NCBI GenBank assembly: GCA_021846685.1
Contig: JAJZWL010000006.1
Coordinates: 1 to 60,003 of the forward strand
Source of the DNA: a bacterium
Lineage (GTDB): Bacteria; Patescibacteriota; Dojkabacteria; JAKAPS01; JAJZLI01
Direction of reading: 5' to 3'
DNA: 60,003 nt
The translations under genes and the position numbers were made by a program. Numbering within the stretch: the first letter of the stretch is position 1; each line of letters opens with the position of its first letter. Below, in pieces: positions 17,516 to 26,998 of this stretch. A model generated the notes under the pieces. The model was given only the letters and a program-made list of their open reading frames with translations. It had not been told where the DNA came from and searched no databases.

Positions 17516-17767
17516 TTATTTTTTATTTCCAGAAATTGAATTTCCTATGATAATAAGTATTAAAGCACCTATAAAAGCTACTAATATACTATATAAATTA
17601 AATCCAGTAACACCTGGGAATCCTAAAAAATTCATGAGGAAGCCTCCTATTAAAGCTCCTATTATCCCTAATATTATATCCATGAATAATCCTACAGAAC
17701 TATGAGTAAATCCAGAAGCCAGAGCTCCTGCAATAAGACCTAAAATTAACCACAAAACTATTCCCAT
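17516..17767 (-). CDS. GlsB/YeaQ/YmgE-family small stress membrane protein
   Basis: 83 aa. MGIVLWLILGLIAGALA plus glycine-zipper TM segments typify this family. Confidence 0.8.
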   Translation of the reverse strand: MGIVLWLILGLIAGALASGFTHSSVGLFMDIILGIIGALIGGFLMNFLGFPGVTGFNLYSILVAFIGALILIIIGNSISGNKK

Positions 17768-17821
17768 AATTAAACCTCAATTAATATATCAATATTATAT
17801 CATATGGAATTAATAATAACT

Positions 17822-19051
17822 TTATTCATATCGAAGAGCTTCTATAGGAGAAAGCCTGGACGCTTTATATGCCGGGAAAATACCAAATATAAGTCCTATT
17901 GTAATAGATACAGTAATTGAAAGTATTATTGCAATAGAAGATATGATAAATGGAACCTTTATTATATAAGAGGCTACAATATAGTCAAGAAATATACCTA
18001 TAATTACTCCTATAAAACCTCCTATTATAGTAATAAGTATAGCTTCTACCAAAAATTGATATAATATATCACTATTTTTAGCCCCAATAGCTTTCCTTAA
18101 TCCTATTTCTCTAGTTCTTTCAGTAACTGATACAAGCATTATATTCATAATACCTATTCCACCTACAATAAGAGAAATTCCTGCAATTCCTCCTAAAAGT
18201 AGAGTAAATGTCCCAGTTATTGTATTTAATGTTGTAAGTATTTGAGTTTGATTAGTAATATTAAAATTTGCTTGATTTATATTAGTAATTCCTTGTACTC
18301 TCATTAGGGTATTTTCAACCTCAGAAGTAGCCTGATTCATAACATTAGCATTACTTGCCTGTAATACAATAGTACTATATCCAATATTCCCAAATAATTC
18401 ATTCTGTGCCGTACTAATAGGTACTGCTACTTGATTATCTTGATTAAATGACCCCCCTCCTGCAGACCCCTTCGATTGAGTCACTCCAATTACAGTAAAA
18501 GATGTATTTCCAATAGTAACATCCTTACCCATTGGGTTTGAATTTGGAAAAAGTTCACTTGCAACAGTTGGTCCTAATACAATTACAGGTAAACTGTCTT
18601 TTACATCAGGCTCTGTAATAAATGATCCTTTTGCCATTGTAATGTCATTTACACTCTGTGAGATTGGGGTTACTCCCTCTATTAATGTTACTGCATTTTG
18701 ACTTTTATAAATAAGCTGTCCTGATTTACTAATAACAGGAGATACTGCTATAACATCAGGAGTATTATTCCTACTTTGCAGTGCAATTATATCATTTTGA
18801 TTAAGAGCACCCGCAGTTCCTATTCCCTGTCTTACATTACCTACTTTAGCATTCCCAGGTGTGACTATAATAAGATTTGATCCTAAATTTTGAATATTCT
18901 GAGTGATTTTTGATTGAGCCCCTTGACCCACTGATATTAATGCAATTACTGAGGCTATTCCTATTATAATACCTAGAGCTGAAAGTATGGTTCTACCGAG
19001 ATTAATAGTAAGAGAATGTATAGATGTAAAAAATAAATTTTTTAAATTCAT
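17822..19051 (-). CDS. ABC transporter permease, MacB/FtsX type
   Basis: An N-terminal TM helix, a ~230-aa extracytoplasmic domain and a C-terminal FtsX-like three-TM bundle (TERTREIGLRKAIGA). A 4-nt overlap joins it to the upstream ATPase gene. Confidence 0.85.
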   Translation of the reverse strand: MNLKNLFFTSIHSLTINLGRTILSALGIIIGIASVIALISVGQGAQSKITQNIQNLGSNLIIVTPGNAKVGNVRQGIGTAGALNQNDIIALQSRNNTPDVIAVSPVISKSGQLIYKSQNAVTLIEGVTPISQSVNDITMAKGSFITEPDVKDSLPVIVLGPTVASELFPNSNPMGKDVTIGNTSFTVIGVTQSKGSAGGGSFNQDNQVAVPISTAQNELFGNIGYSTIVLQASNANVMNQATSEVENTLMRVQGITNINQANFNITNQTQILTTLNTITGTFTLLLGGIAGISLIVGGIGIMNIMLVSVTERTREIGLRKAIGAKNSDILYQFLVEAILITIIGGFIGVIIGIFLDYIVASYIIKVPFIISSIAIILSITVSITIGLIFGIFPAYKASRLSPIEALRYE

Positions 19052-19737
19052 ACTCTGCTTTGTTTTATAATTTTATCTTCAATTAATAATCCATCCTTTA
19101 GCGTAATCTTTCTTTTTGCTCTATCTCCTATATCTTCTTCATGTGTAACTATCACTATTGAATGACCTTCATCATTTAAATCCTGTAAAATTTTTATGAT
19201 TTCTAATGTTGATTTTGAATCGACATTTCCCGTAGGTTCATCTGCTAATATTAATGTTGGGTCTTGTGTAAGGGCTCTTGCTATTGCAACTCTTTGTTGC
19301 TGCCCTCCAGATATTTGATTGATTTTAAAATAAGCACGTTTATCTATACCCAGTTTTTTTAAAATTTCCATTGCCTTTTTTTCTGCAATCTCAGTATTTT
19401 CTCCTCTATATATAAGCGGTAAGATAACATTTTCCATTACAGTTGTACGAGGTAATAGATTAAATGCTTGAAATACAAACCCTATATATTTATTTCTCAC
19501 AGATGAGAGTTCTTTCTCATTGATATCTATAGTATTGACCCCATCTAATATATATTCTCCTTTAGTAGGCTTATCTAATAGTCCCATGATATGCATTAGA
19601 GATGATTTTCCTGAACCAGAAGCACCCATAATGCTAACATATTCTCCAGATTCTATGTTAAGATTAACATTATCTAGCGCTATAACCTCATTATCAGTAT
19701 CACCATAGATTTTGTATATACCTTTTAAAGTGATCAT
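19048..19737 (-). CDS. ABC transporter ATP-binding protein (MacB/LolD-like)
   Basis: Walker [10 protein letters not shown], signature [14 protein letters not shown] and Walker [10 protein letters not shown]. Confidence 0.95.
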   Translation of the reverse strand: MITLKGIYKIYGDTDNEVIALDNVNLNIESGEYVSIMGASGSGKSSLMHIMGLLDKPTKGEYILDGVNTIDINEKELSSVRNKYIGFVFQAFNLLPRTTVMENVILPLIYRGENTEIAEKKAMEILKKLGIDKRAYFKINQISGGQQQRVAIARALTQDPTLILADEPTGNVDSKSTLEIIKILQDLNDEGHSIVIVTHEEDIGDRAKRKITLKDGLLIEDKIIKQSRV

Positions 19738-21053
19738 AATCCCAATTGTTTACCAATACCTTTTGCCTTTCCTCCTAAAGCCCCTTTCGCACGTGAAGTT
19801 TTTATATGAAATGAACTATTTCCATTTACTACAATCTTTTCACCAGCAGAAAGACCACTTGTGATCTGAGTAAAGTATATATTACTAATACCTACTTTTA
19901 CTAAATTTTTTATGTCCTTACCATTATGATTAAGGATTACAAAAGGTTTCCCATTTGCCTCATAAATTAATGCAGAATTTGGTACTAACAAAGCATTATT
20001 AGCACTTTTAGTTATTATATTCACATCAGCACTCATTCCAAGCTTAATCCCAGAAGGTGCATTATTAATACTTATAGTAACTCCATAATTAACTACATTT
20101 TGAATTATTGTAGAAGAAGGTTCTATTGATTTTACAGTACCTTTAAATGTTTGATTAGGATAAGCAGTTAGTGTTATATTTACACTTTGCCCATTAGCTA
20201 CACTAGCAATTGAACTTTCATTAACATATGCAAATATTTGAGCAGAAGATGTGTTTGCAACAGTTATAAAAGAATTTCCAGCAACATTTGAAATTCCACT
20301 TTGTGCAGATGCTATTCCCTTAGATCCACCCTGAGAAGAAGCTCCTACTTGCTCGTTTGGAGCAATAGAAGAAAGAAATATAACGGTTCCAGAAATAGGA
20401 GATGTGAGAGTAGCCTCAGAAAGAGCACTTTGAGCCTGTTCTAAATTTATATATGCATTATTCTTAGCATCAAGAAGGGGAGCAATATTATAATAAGCGG
20501 GTTGTGCATTTGCAAGATTTTGTTGATCTGTTTGTACTTGTGCATTATCAGATTGTACCTTTGCTAATATTGTAGAATAATTAGAAGAACTTGAAGGAGT
20601 AGCATTGAGTGTTGCTTGATCTGCACTTAAAGTTGCTTTAGATTGGTTAAGTGTGTTTTGTGCACTTTGTACATTTTGAGCAGACTGTCCATAAAAAGCA
20701 TTTATTTTCTGTTGCGCTGTATCATAGTTATTTTGAGCTATTTGAACATTTTGAGAAAGAGTAGCTGTATTTAAAGATGCTAACTTCTCTCCAACCTGAA
20801 CACTTTCCCCATCCTTAACATATACCTGTTGTAATTTCCCAGATATTGGAAAATTTAATTCTGCCATATTCCCAAAAATAACATTTCCAACAGAAGAAAC
20901 ATTTTGAGTGATATTTCCTGTTTTAACAGTATATAATTTAGTAGTTTTTGTCTTTGTTTTTACAAAAGAAGAATATACAAAATATATTATACCTAATCCA
21001 ACAACTACAAGTACTATTTTTGCAATAAGACTTCCCTTTATTATTTTTTTCAT
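19734..21053 (-). CDS. HlyD/MacA-family membrane fusion (adaptor) protein
   Basis: An N-terminal TM helix, a biotinyl-lipoyl-like segment (GKLQQVYVKDGESVQVGEKLASL), a long Q/N/A-rich coiled coil and a beta-barrel tail. It overlaps the ATPase gene by 4 nt. Confidence 0.8.
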   Translation of the reverse strand: MKKIIKGSLIAKIVLVVVGLGIIYFVYSSFVKTKTKTTKLYTVKTGNITQNVSSVGNVIFGNMAELNFPISGKLQQVYVKDGESVQVGEKLASLNTATLSQNVQIAQNNYDTAQQKINAFYGQSAQNVQSAQNTLNQSKATLSADQATLNATPSSSSNYSTILAKVQSDNAQVQTDQQNLANAQPAYYNIAPLLDAKNNAYINLEQAQSALSEATLTSPISGTVIFLSSIAPNEQVGASSQGGSKGIASAQSGISNVAGNSFITVANTSSAQIFAYVNESSIASVANGQSVNITLTAYPNQTFKGTVKSIEPSSTIIQNVVNYGVTISINNAPSGIKLGMSADVNIITKSANNALLVPNSALIYEANGKPFVILNHNGKDIKNLVKVGISNIYFTQITSGLSAGEKIVVNGNSSFHIKTSRAKGALGGKAKGIGKQLGL

Positions 21054-21430
21054 TACATTACAATTATAAATCTAGCAACAATGCCTTTCTTAGTATGTGT
21101 CCCTACAACACTAATTGTTACTCCACTTTTCAAAGTACTGATATTTACTAAATTACTTCCACTATATATCTTCGTACCCTTTGCTACGATTATATTTGTA
21201 CCATTAACATTTAATGTATTTTTAGTAATACTACTTATACTTCCTTCTTCATGTACAAATACAGGCTTTTTTGCTTTCCCAGCAAGTTTTCTTGTGCTAT
21301 TAGTATTCCTGGATATATTCCTTTTCCCTTTATGATGTAATACATTGTGAGGAAGAAAGTAACCAATAGCTCCAAATGCAATTGCTACTACTACTAAAAT
21401 AATAATATTTCTGACTTTTTCGTTTTTCAT
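21053..21430 (-). CDS. Small membrane-anchored protein, first gene of the efflux operon
   Basis: 125 aa, with an N-terminal TM helix and a beta-rich C-terminal domain. Its stop overlaps the start of the HlyD-like gene by 1 nt. Confidence 0.5.
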   Translation of the reverse strand: MKNEKVRNIIILVVVAIAFGAIGYFLPHNVLHHKGKRNISRNTNSTRKLAGKAKKPVFVHEEGSISSITKNTLNVNGTNIIVAKGTKIYSGSNLVNISTLKSGVTISVVGTHTKKGIVARFIIVM

Positions 21431-21550
21431 AATAATAATTAATATAAAGTTATTAATACTTATACATTTTTTCTATGAAAAATGTTTCAAAAATAAAATT
21501 AATATTAAAAATATAATAATTTAGAGTATAATAATACAAACATATAAATA

Positions 21551-22051
21551 ATGAGAAAACATTTAAATATAAAACCATTCCAAGAAACTTTATACAAAGG
21601 TATGTGTGCACCTGCATCTTTAAAAATAGTATTATCTTTTTACGGAATAGAAAAATCAGAATCAGAATTAGCAAAGAATTGTAATACAAATAACCTGGGC
21701 ACAGATGATATAGGGTTAAAAAATACTGCTGAACTATTAGGGTTTAAAGTAAGTATAAAAAATAATAGTAGTTTTAATGATATAGAAAAATGGATAGATA
21801 AAAAAGTACCTGTAATCGTAAATTGGTTTACACGAGGAAGAACAGATTATACAGATTCAGCTGTTTCTGATGGTCACTACTCTGTAGTAGAAGGAATAGA
21901 TGATAAATATATTTATTTGCAAGATCCAGAAATAGGTAAAATTAGAAAAATTAAAAAAAATGATTTTATGACTATCTGGTTTGATTTTAAAGGAGAATAT
22001 ATTAAACCAAATGAATTAATAATTCGGCAAATAATTGCAATATACAAATAA
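21551..22051 (+). CDS. Stand-alone C39-like (papain-fold, bacteriocin-processing type) cysteine peptidase
   Basis: Q-x7-C (FQETLYKGMCAPASLKIVLSFYG), His in DGHYSVVEGID and Asp in YLQDPEIGK match the Q/C/H/D arrangement of C39 peptidase domains. Confidence 0.7.
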   Translation: MRKHLNIKPFQETLYKGMCAPASLKIVLSFYGIEKSESELAKNCNTNNLGTDDIGLKNTAELLGFKVSIKNNSSFNDIEKWIDKKVPVIVNWFTRGRTDYTDSAVSDGHYSVVEGIDDKYIYLQDPEIGKIRKIKKNDFMTIWFDFKGEYIKPNELIIRQIIAIYK

Positions 22052-22183
22052 GATTATCAACTCCAAATCTAAAACTTAAACCATGCAGATACAGCTTTCG
22101 TAAATTTATATATAAATTTGCTACAGATGGCAATAGAAAAATGCATAAAACGTGGTAATATATATAAAATATATTAATAATAA

Positions 22184-24004
22184 ATGAAAAAGGTAAAGAT
22201 TTTTTTAAAAAAAATAAAAACTATCTTTGATGTAGTTTCTAGAAATTACATTAGAGTAAATAAAATCTTATGGAATAATGATAAGAAGGTATTACTATTG
22301 TCATTATTTAAAAGTTTAATAAGTTCTATTACTCCCATCATAAATGCTTTTATTTATGGAGCAATAATTGATCTTGTGATATCTAGTGTTGAAAAGAAAA
22401 CTAATATAGAAATACCTTTAATAATATTAATAAGTCTTTGGTTTGTAATCTATTTTATATCTACATATTTAAATACACTCTCTTATATAATATGGCAAAA
22501 AGTACAATTATTATTAAATAAAATCTATACTAAAGAATTTTTAGAAAAAATAAATAATGTAGGAATTAAAACTTTATATGATAAAGACTTTTATGATTAC
22601 TTTAATAAAGCTCAAGAACAATATCAGATTGCTGCAGGAAATGTTGGGAATTATTCATCACGTATTAATACAGCTTTACTCTCGTTTGTCTTTTCAATAA
22701 TAGTATTTTTCTACTTTTCTCCAATAATAGGGATCCTTGTATTGTTATCAATGATTCCTACTGTAATCTATGAAATTAATTTCTCTAAAATGTCATGGGG
22801 AATATGGAGTGAATCAAAGGAATATAGAAATTCTTACTACTCTTTAATCAATATATTTAGAAGAAACAATTCAGAAGAATTAAAAATACATAATACAGGA
22901 GAATATCTTAAAGAAAAGGTAGTTACATTAAATAATCAAAGATATGAAAGAGAAATGTCATTAACTAGAAAAAGAACATCTTTTAATTTATTTGGATCTT
23001 TCTTGGATACAGTTATATATATATTCTCTTCTGTATATATAATTTATGAGGCATTAGCCAAAATAATCCCCATAGGATCAATCGTAACATTCTTTTCTAT
23101 TTTAGGGAATTATATAGCTAGTGTCCAATATCTTATAAGCAGTTTTATAGATATTTATGAGTCAAGTCTATATCTTGATGATATTCATCAATATCTAGAA
23201 TTTGAATTAAAAGATGATATTATAAATGGAGAGATAAAAATAAAAAATAATAAGCAACACAAAATTGAATTTAAGAATGTATCATTTAAATATCCACAAT
23301 CAAAAAAATATATTTTTAAAGATCTATCTTTAACTATAGAACCTGGAGAAAAAATTGCAATAATAGGGGAGAATGGAGCAGGAAAATCAACATTTATAAA
23401 TCTTTTATGTAGATTCTATGATGTAAATTCAGGTGAAATACTCATTGATGGTATAAATATTAAAGATATAGATATACTTTCTTGGTATAACAATATAGGA
23501 ATACTCTTTCAAGATTATATAAAATATAATTTTAGTGCTAAAGAAAATATATATTTAGGAGATATAAAAAAGAAAGATAATAATTTAAAAGATATAATTA
23601 AATCTTCAAAGAAAGGAGGCTCGCATAAATTTATTCAAAACTTAAATAATCAATATGATACAATTTTAAATAATATAGATACAAATCTGTCTGGAGGACA
23701 GTGGCAAAAATTGGCACTATCAAGAGAATTTTTCAGGGATCCAGAGATTCTTATACTGGATGAACCCACTTCTAATTTAGATGCTAAAGCTGAAAATGAA
23801 ATTTTCAAAATAATAGAAAATACTGCTAAAGGTAAAACAGTAATATTAATTTCCCATAGATTTTCAACTGTCAGAAATGCTAATAAAATATTTGTATTTG
23901 AAAAAGGAAAAATATTAGAAGAAGGAAATCACCAAGAATTAATGAAATTAGAAGGTAAATATGCAGAACTTTTTAATTTACAGGCAAAAGGCTACAGAGA
24001 ATAA
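22184..24004 (+). CDS. ABC exporter, fused six-TM permease and ATPase (type I exporter)
   Basis: An N-terminal ~300-aa TM domain, Walker A GENGAGKST, signature LSGGQWQKLALSR and Walker B ILILDEPTS. Confidence 0.9.
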   Translation: MKKVKIFLKKIKTIFDVVSRNYIRVNKILWNNDKKVLLLSLFKSLISSITPIINAFIYGAIIDLVISSVEKKTNIEIPLIILISLWFVIYFISTYLNTLSYIIWQKVQLLLNKIYTKEFLEKINNVGIKTLYDKDFYDYFNKAQEQYQIAAGNVGNYSSRINTALLSFVFSIIVFFYFSPIIGILVLLSMIPTVIYEINFSKMSWGIWSESKEYRNSYYSLINIFRRNNSEELKIHNTGEYLKEKVVTLNNQRYEREMSLTRKRTSFNLFGSFLDTVIYIFSSVYIIYEALAKIIPIGSIVTFFSILGNYIASVQYLISSFIDIYESSLYLDDIHQYLEFELKDDIINGEIKIKNNKQHKIEFKNVSFKYPQSKKYIFKDLSLTIEPGEKIAIIGENGAGKSTFINLLCRFYDVNSGEILIDGINIKDIDILSWYNNIGILFQDYIKYNFSAKENIYLGDIKKKDNNLKDIIKSSKKGGSHKFIQNLNNQYDTILNNIDTNLSGGQWQKLALSREFFRDPEILILDEPTSNLDAKAENEIFKIIENTAKGKTVILISHRFSTVRNANKIFVFEKGKILEEGNHQELMKLEGKYAELFNLQAKGYRE

Positions 24005-24005
24005 T

Positions 24006-24485
24006 ATGGATATAGATCCACAATATATTAAATATTCTAAAAAAATAATACTAATGGGGAAAAAGGATCAAGAAATTTTGAGAAAATATAATATAATTAA
24101 TAATGAGATTATAGAATTACAAAAGAAAAATACAGAAGAATTAAAAAAAATAATCAAACAAATCGGTTGGCCTAAAACTTCGATAGTAGGGAAAGAAGCT
24201 TCTCTATATGCATGGTTAATTATACAGCACTCTGATTTTGACTTATCTTTCCAAGAAGAAGTTTTAAATATACTTAAATTAATTTCAGAAACTGAAAACA
24301 CAAACATGCAAATAGCATATTTAGAAGATAGAGTATTAATTAATAAACATCTTCCTCAAATATATGGAACCCAATTTAAAATTAAGAATGGAATAAAAAT
24401 ACCTCATAAAATAACTGATATCAAAAATGTTAATAAAAGACGAAGTGAAATGGGATTAAACAAACTAGAAGACTATATTAAATAA
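24006..24485 (+). CDS. Conserved hypothetical protein
   Basis: I took the start at the ATG at 24006, 1 nt after the ABC exporter stop; the track ORF starts inside the exporter gene. Motifs are GWPKTSIVG, IIQHSD, LEDRV and QIYGTQF. Function is unknown. Confidence 0.55.
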   Translation: MDIDPQYIKYSKKIILMGKKDQEILRKYNIINNEIIELQKKNTEELKKIIKQIGWPKTSIVGKEASLYAWLIIQHSDFDLSFQEEVLNILKLISETENTNMQIAYLEDRVLINKHLPQIYGTQFKIKNGIKIPHKITDIKNVNKRRSEMGLNKLEDYIK

Positions 24486-24550
24486 AAATATTTTAAATGT
24501 AAGTATTTGCATAAAATACTTAGTTACTCTACAATATTCACATATTAAAA

Positions 24551-25138
24551 ATGACAAATTTTAAGTTTTACTATAATAAAAATAATATTTCATTAGATAT
24601 TATACTTCCAGGAGGAAATGGAGGAATAGATAGTGTTTTTATAACAAAAATATCTGAATTATCATTTAAAAAAGGACACTCTGCTATTGCAATTAACCAT
24701 CCTTTTTATGAAAGAGGAGAAAAACAAACATCTTCAAGAAATTTCAAAGAAGAAATCACTAATATGCTTGAAATATTAGAATATTGTCATTATAAAGATT
24801 ATAAAAATATAAGATTTATAGGAAAATCTTTAGGAGGAGTTATATCTGCATATTATTTATCATCACTTGAAAACAATGAAATGAATAAATACTCAATTAC
24901 TGTATTAGGATATGTATTGGGTTCTATAAATTTAAATAATTTTTTGGGAGATATAACTATAATTCAAGGTGAATTAGATAGATTTGGGAATATCAAACAA
25001 GTAAAAGAAGATATGCAAAATTCTAAATCAGATAATATTACATATTATGAAATTAAAGGTGCAGGCCACAGTTATGAAAATCTTAAAACTCAAGAATCAG
25101 AATTTCAAGATGAAGCGATATCAAAAATTAAATTTTAA
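24551..25138 (+). CDS. Alpha/beta hydrolase fold protein
   Basis: Nucleophile elbow GKSLGG and C-terminal GAGHSY (catalytic His region). Confidence 0.7.
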   Translation: MTNFKFYYNKNNISLDIILPGGNGGIDSVFITKISELSFKKGHSAIAINHPFYERGEKQTSSRNFKEEITNMLEILEYCHYKDYKNIRFIGKSLGGVISAYYLSSLENNEMNKYSITVLGYVLGSINLNNFLGDITIIQGELDRFGNIKQVKEDMQNSKSDNITYYEIKGAGHSYENLKTQESEFQDEAISKIKF

Positions 25139-25158
25139 CTTTAAATAAAACATTTAAT

Positions 25159-25686
25159 ATGAATATAAAAAATAAAGAAATTTTATTCTCAACAACTAAT
25201 AATAGAAAATTAAGAGAAGCTCAAGAAGGATGTAAAGAATTTGGAATAAAAATTAATCAAATTAAACTAGATATAGAAGAGATTCAATCAAAAGATACAT
25301 TATTAATAGCAAAATATAAGGCAAACGAAGCATTTAAATTAGTTAATCAACCCGTAGTAGTAACAGATACTTCATGGTCAATTCCTTCCCTAAATGGATT
25401 TCCAGGTGGATATATGAAAGATATAACAACATGGTTTGAACCAGAAGATTTTATTAATTTATTAAAAAATAAAAAAGATAAAAGTATTAGTTTTAGAGAG
25501 ACTATTGTATATAAAGATAAAAATAACACTAAAGTTTTTAATGATGATTATTTAGGGGTTATTATTGATACACCTAGAGGAGAAATAGGTAACAGTATAG
25601 AAAAGGTTGCTGAATTTAATGGAGTTACTATTGCTGAAAAACATGATCTCAATGAGATCTCCTATGATCCTAAAGATTATATTTGA
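25159..25686 (+). CDS. Non-canonical purine NTP pyrophosphatase (Ham1/RdgB/ITPase family)
   Basis: ILFSTTNNRKLREAQ and VVVTDTSWSIPSLNGFPGGYMKD correspond to the ATxNxxKxxE and TDDSGL...L.G.PG motifs of the family. Confidence 0.7.
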   Translation: MNIKNKEILFSTTNNRKLREAQEGCKEFGIKINQIKLDIEEIQSKDTLLIAKYKANEAFKLVNQPVVVTDTSWSIPSLNGFPGGYMKDITTWFEPEDFINLLKNKKDKSISFRETIVYKDKNNTKVFNDDYLGVIIDTPRGEIGNSIEKVAEFNGVTIAEKHDLNEISYDPKDYI

Positions 25687-25835
25687 TATAAATTTGCAAA
25701 ATGGTATTCTAATTACTAAGTTAAAAAATCATACATCGATAATCACGACCTATAGAATATTGACTTTCTCTTTTTTTTAATATAAAATATGTCCGTACAT
25801 TCACAAAACATGCTCAAAACTTGTAAAATACAGGT

Positions 25836-26067
25836 CGTAAGCTGTCAAAAGAAAGGATAAATAATGGCTAGATACCCAAAGATATTTCGGAGAAAAATGA
25901 TTAAGGTGATCGTCATAGCAGTAATACTGACAGTTAAAAGTTCTATTTCTTATAAACTTTTTGCGAAAAACAAACCGTCAGACGTCAAAAGAAAGGATAA
26001 ATAATGGCTAAATTACCAAAGAAATTCCAAATTAAGATGGTTGTCATAGCAGTAATTATGCTAGTTC
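25836..26067 (+). repeat. Tandem duplication (140-bp period) of the RBS and 5' end of the 26004 gene
   Basis: gtcaaaagaaaggataaataatggcta occurs identically at 25844-25870 and 25984-26010. The following ~60 nt are diverged copies of each other, including the shared tcatagcagtaat. Confidence 0.65.
25864..26004 (+). pseudogene. Truncated 5' paralog (46 codons) of the downstream membrane-protein gene
   Basis: It encodes MARYPKIFRRKMIKVIVIAVIL..., compared with MAKLPKKFQIKMVVIAVIML... in the full gene. Its TAA overlaps the ATG at 26004 (TAATG). Confidence 0.35.
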
Positions 26068-26387
26068 TAGGTAGTTTAACTCCCTGGCTGCTAATCAACT
26101 CGACAATACTTCCATCCTCTAGGACGACATCTCTGTTCATATTCGCAATTGTACTTGGGATCATAATGATTGTTCCAAAACAATTCAGAGTACCACTTGT
26201 TATGACTGCTGGGTTTTTCACCTTAGGGCTTCAAATCCCATTATGGTTAAATACCACAGAATTCATGAGCTTGGCAACTCTAGTTGTTCTACTAGTTATA
26301 CTAGTAACAATTCAGATCATACAAGACAAAACACGAAATATAGAAATCGTAAAATTCGGGGAATCAAGAAAGGATCAAGTCATTTAA
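26004..26387 (+). CDS. Small integral membrane protein (about 4 TM), unknown function
   Basis: 127 aa and hydrophobic. It lies in a patch of visibly higher G+C than its surroundings. Confidence 0.6.
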   Translation: MAKLPKKFQIKMVVIAVIMLVLGSLTPWLLINSTILPSSRTTSLFIFAIVLGIIMIVPKQFRVPLVMTAGFFTLGLQIPLWLNTTEFMSLATLVVLLVILVTIQIIQDKTRNIEIVKFGESRKDQVI

Positions 26388-26501
26388 TCATGTACAAAGA
26401 GAGAGCTCTGCTTAATTATTCACACCTAAACAGTGTAAAAAATAAGCAACTCTCTCTTTCCTATATCTATTATCCATAAAATATGTATATAATAAGTACA
26501 T

Positions 26502-26951
26502 ATGTATAGAAAAGGTGTTGTTGCAATTATTCTAAATAATCAAAATCAAATTTTATTAGTAAATTTAACTAATTTCGAAGAAAATTTTTATTCAATACCC
26601 GGAGGTGGTAGTGAAAAGGGAGAGAGTAGTACAGATACTCTTAAAAGAGAAATTTTTGAAGAACTAGGAATAGAACCTAATAAAATAAGTATTATTAAAA
26701 AATCAAATACAATTTATAAATTTAATTTCCAAGTACCAACTATAAAAGATGGAAAAGAATATATTGGTCAGGAAAAGGAATGTTTCTTAGTAAAATTTAA
26801 AGGAATAGAGAGTGATATAAAATTATCAAAAAATGAAGTAAGGAAATATTTATGGTCTGATTATAAAAATTTATATGAATATCTGTTATTTGAAGAACAA
26901 TTAGACTCAATTCAAACATTTATAAAAGAGCTTTGTCCTCAAATTTTATAA
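26502..26951 (+). CDS. NUDIX hydrolase
   Basis: The Nudix box GGGSEKGESSTDTLKREIFEELGI matches G-x5-E-x7-REUxEExGU. Confidence 0.85.
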   Translation: MYRKGVVAIILNNQNQILLVNLTNFEENFYSIPGGGSEKGESSTDTLKREIFEELGIEPNKISIIKKSNTIYKFNFQVPTIKDGKEYIGQEKECFLVKFKGIESDIKLSKNEVRKYLWSDYKNLYEYLLFEEQLDSIQTFIKELCPQIL

Positions 26952-26998
26952 TATAAAAAACTTATATATTTTTTAAATAAAAAATACAAGAGGTAAAT

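Noticed and set aside
17493-17705. A 70-aa plus-strand ORF overlaps the GlsB-like gene. Comparable ORFs lie at 21453-21689, 25985-26221, 26243-26479, 44859-45077 and 48583-48834.
   Set aside because: They overlap better-supported genes or promoter regions. They have implausible composition and no ribosome-binding context.
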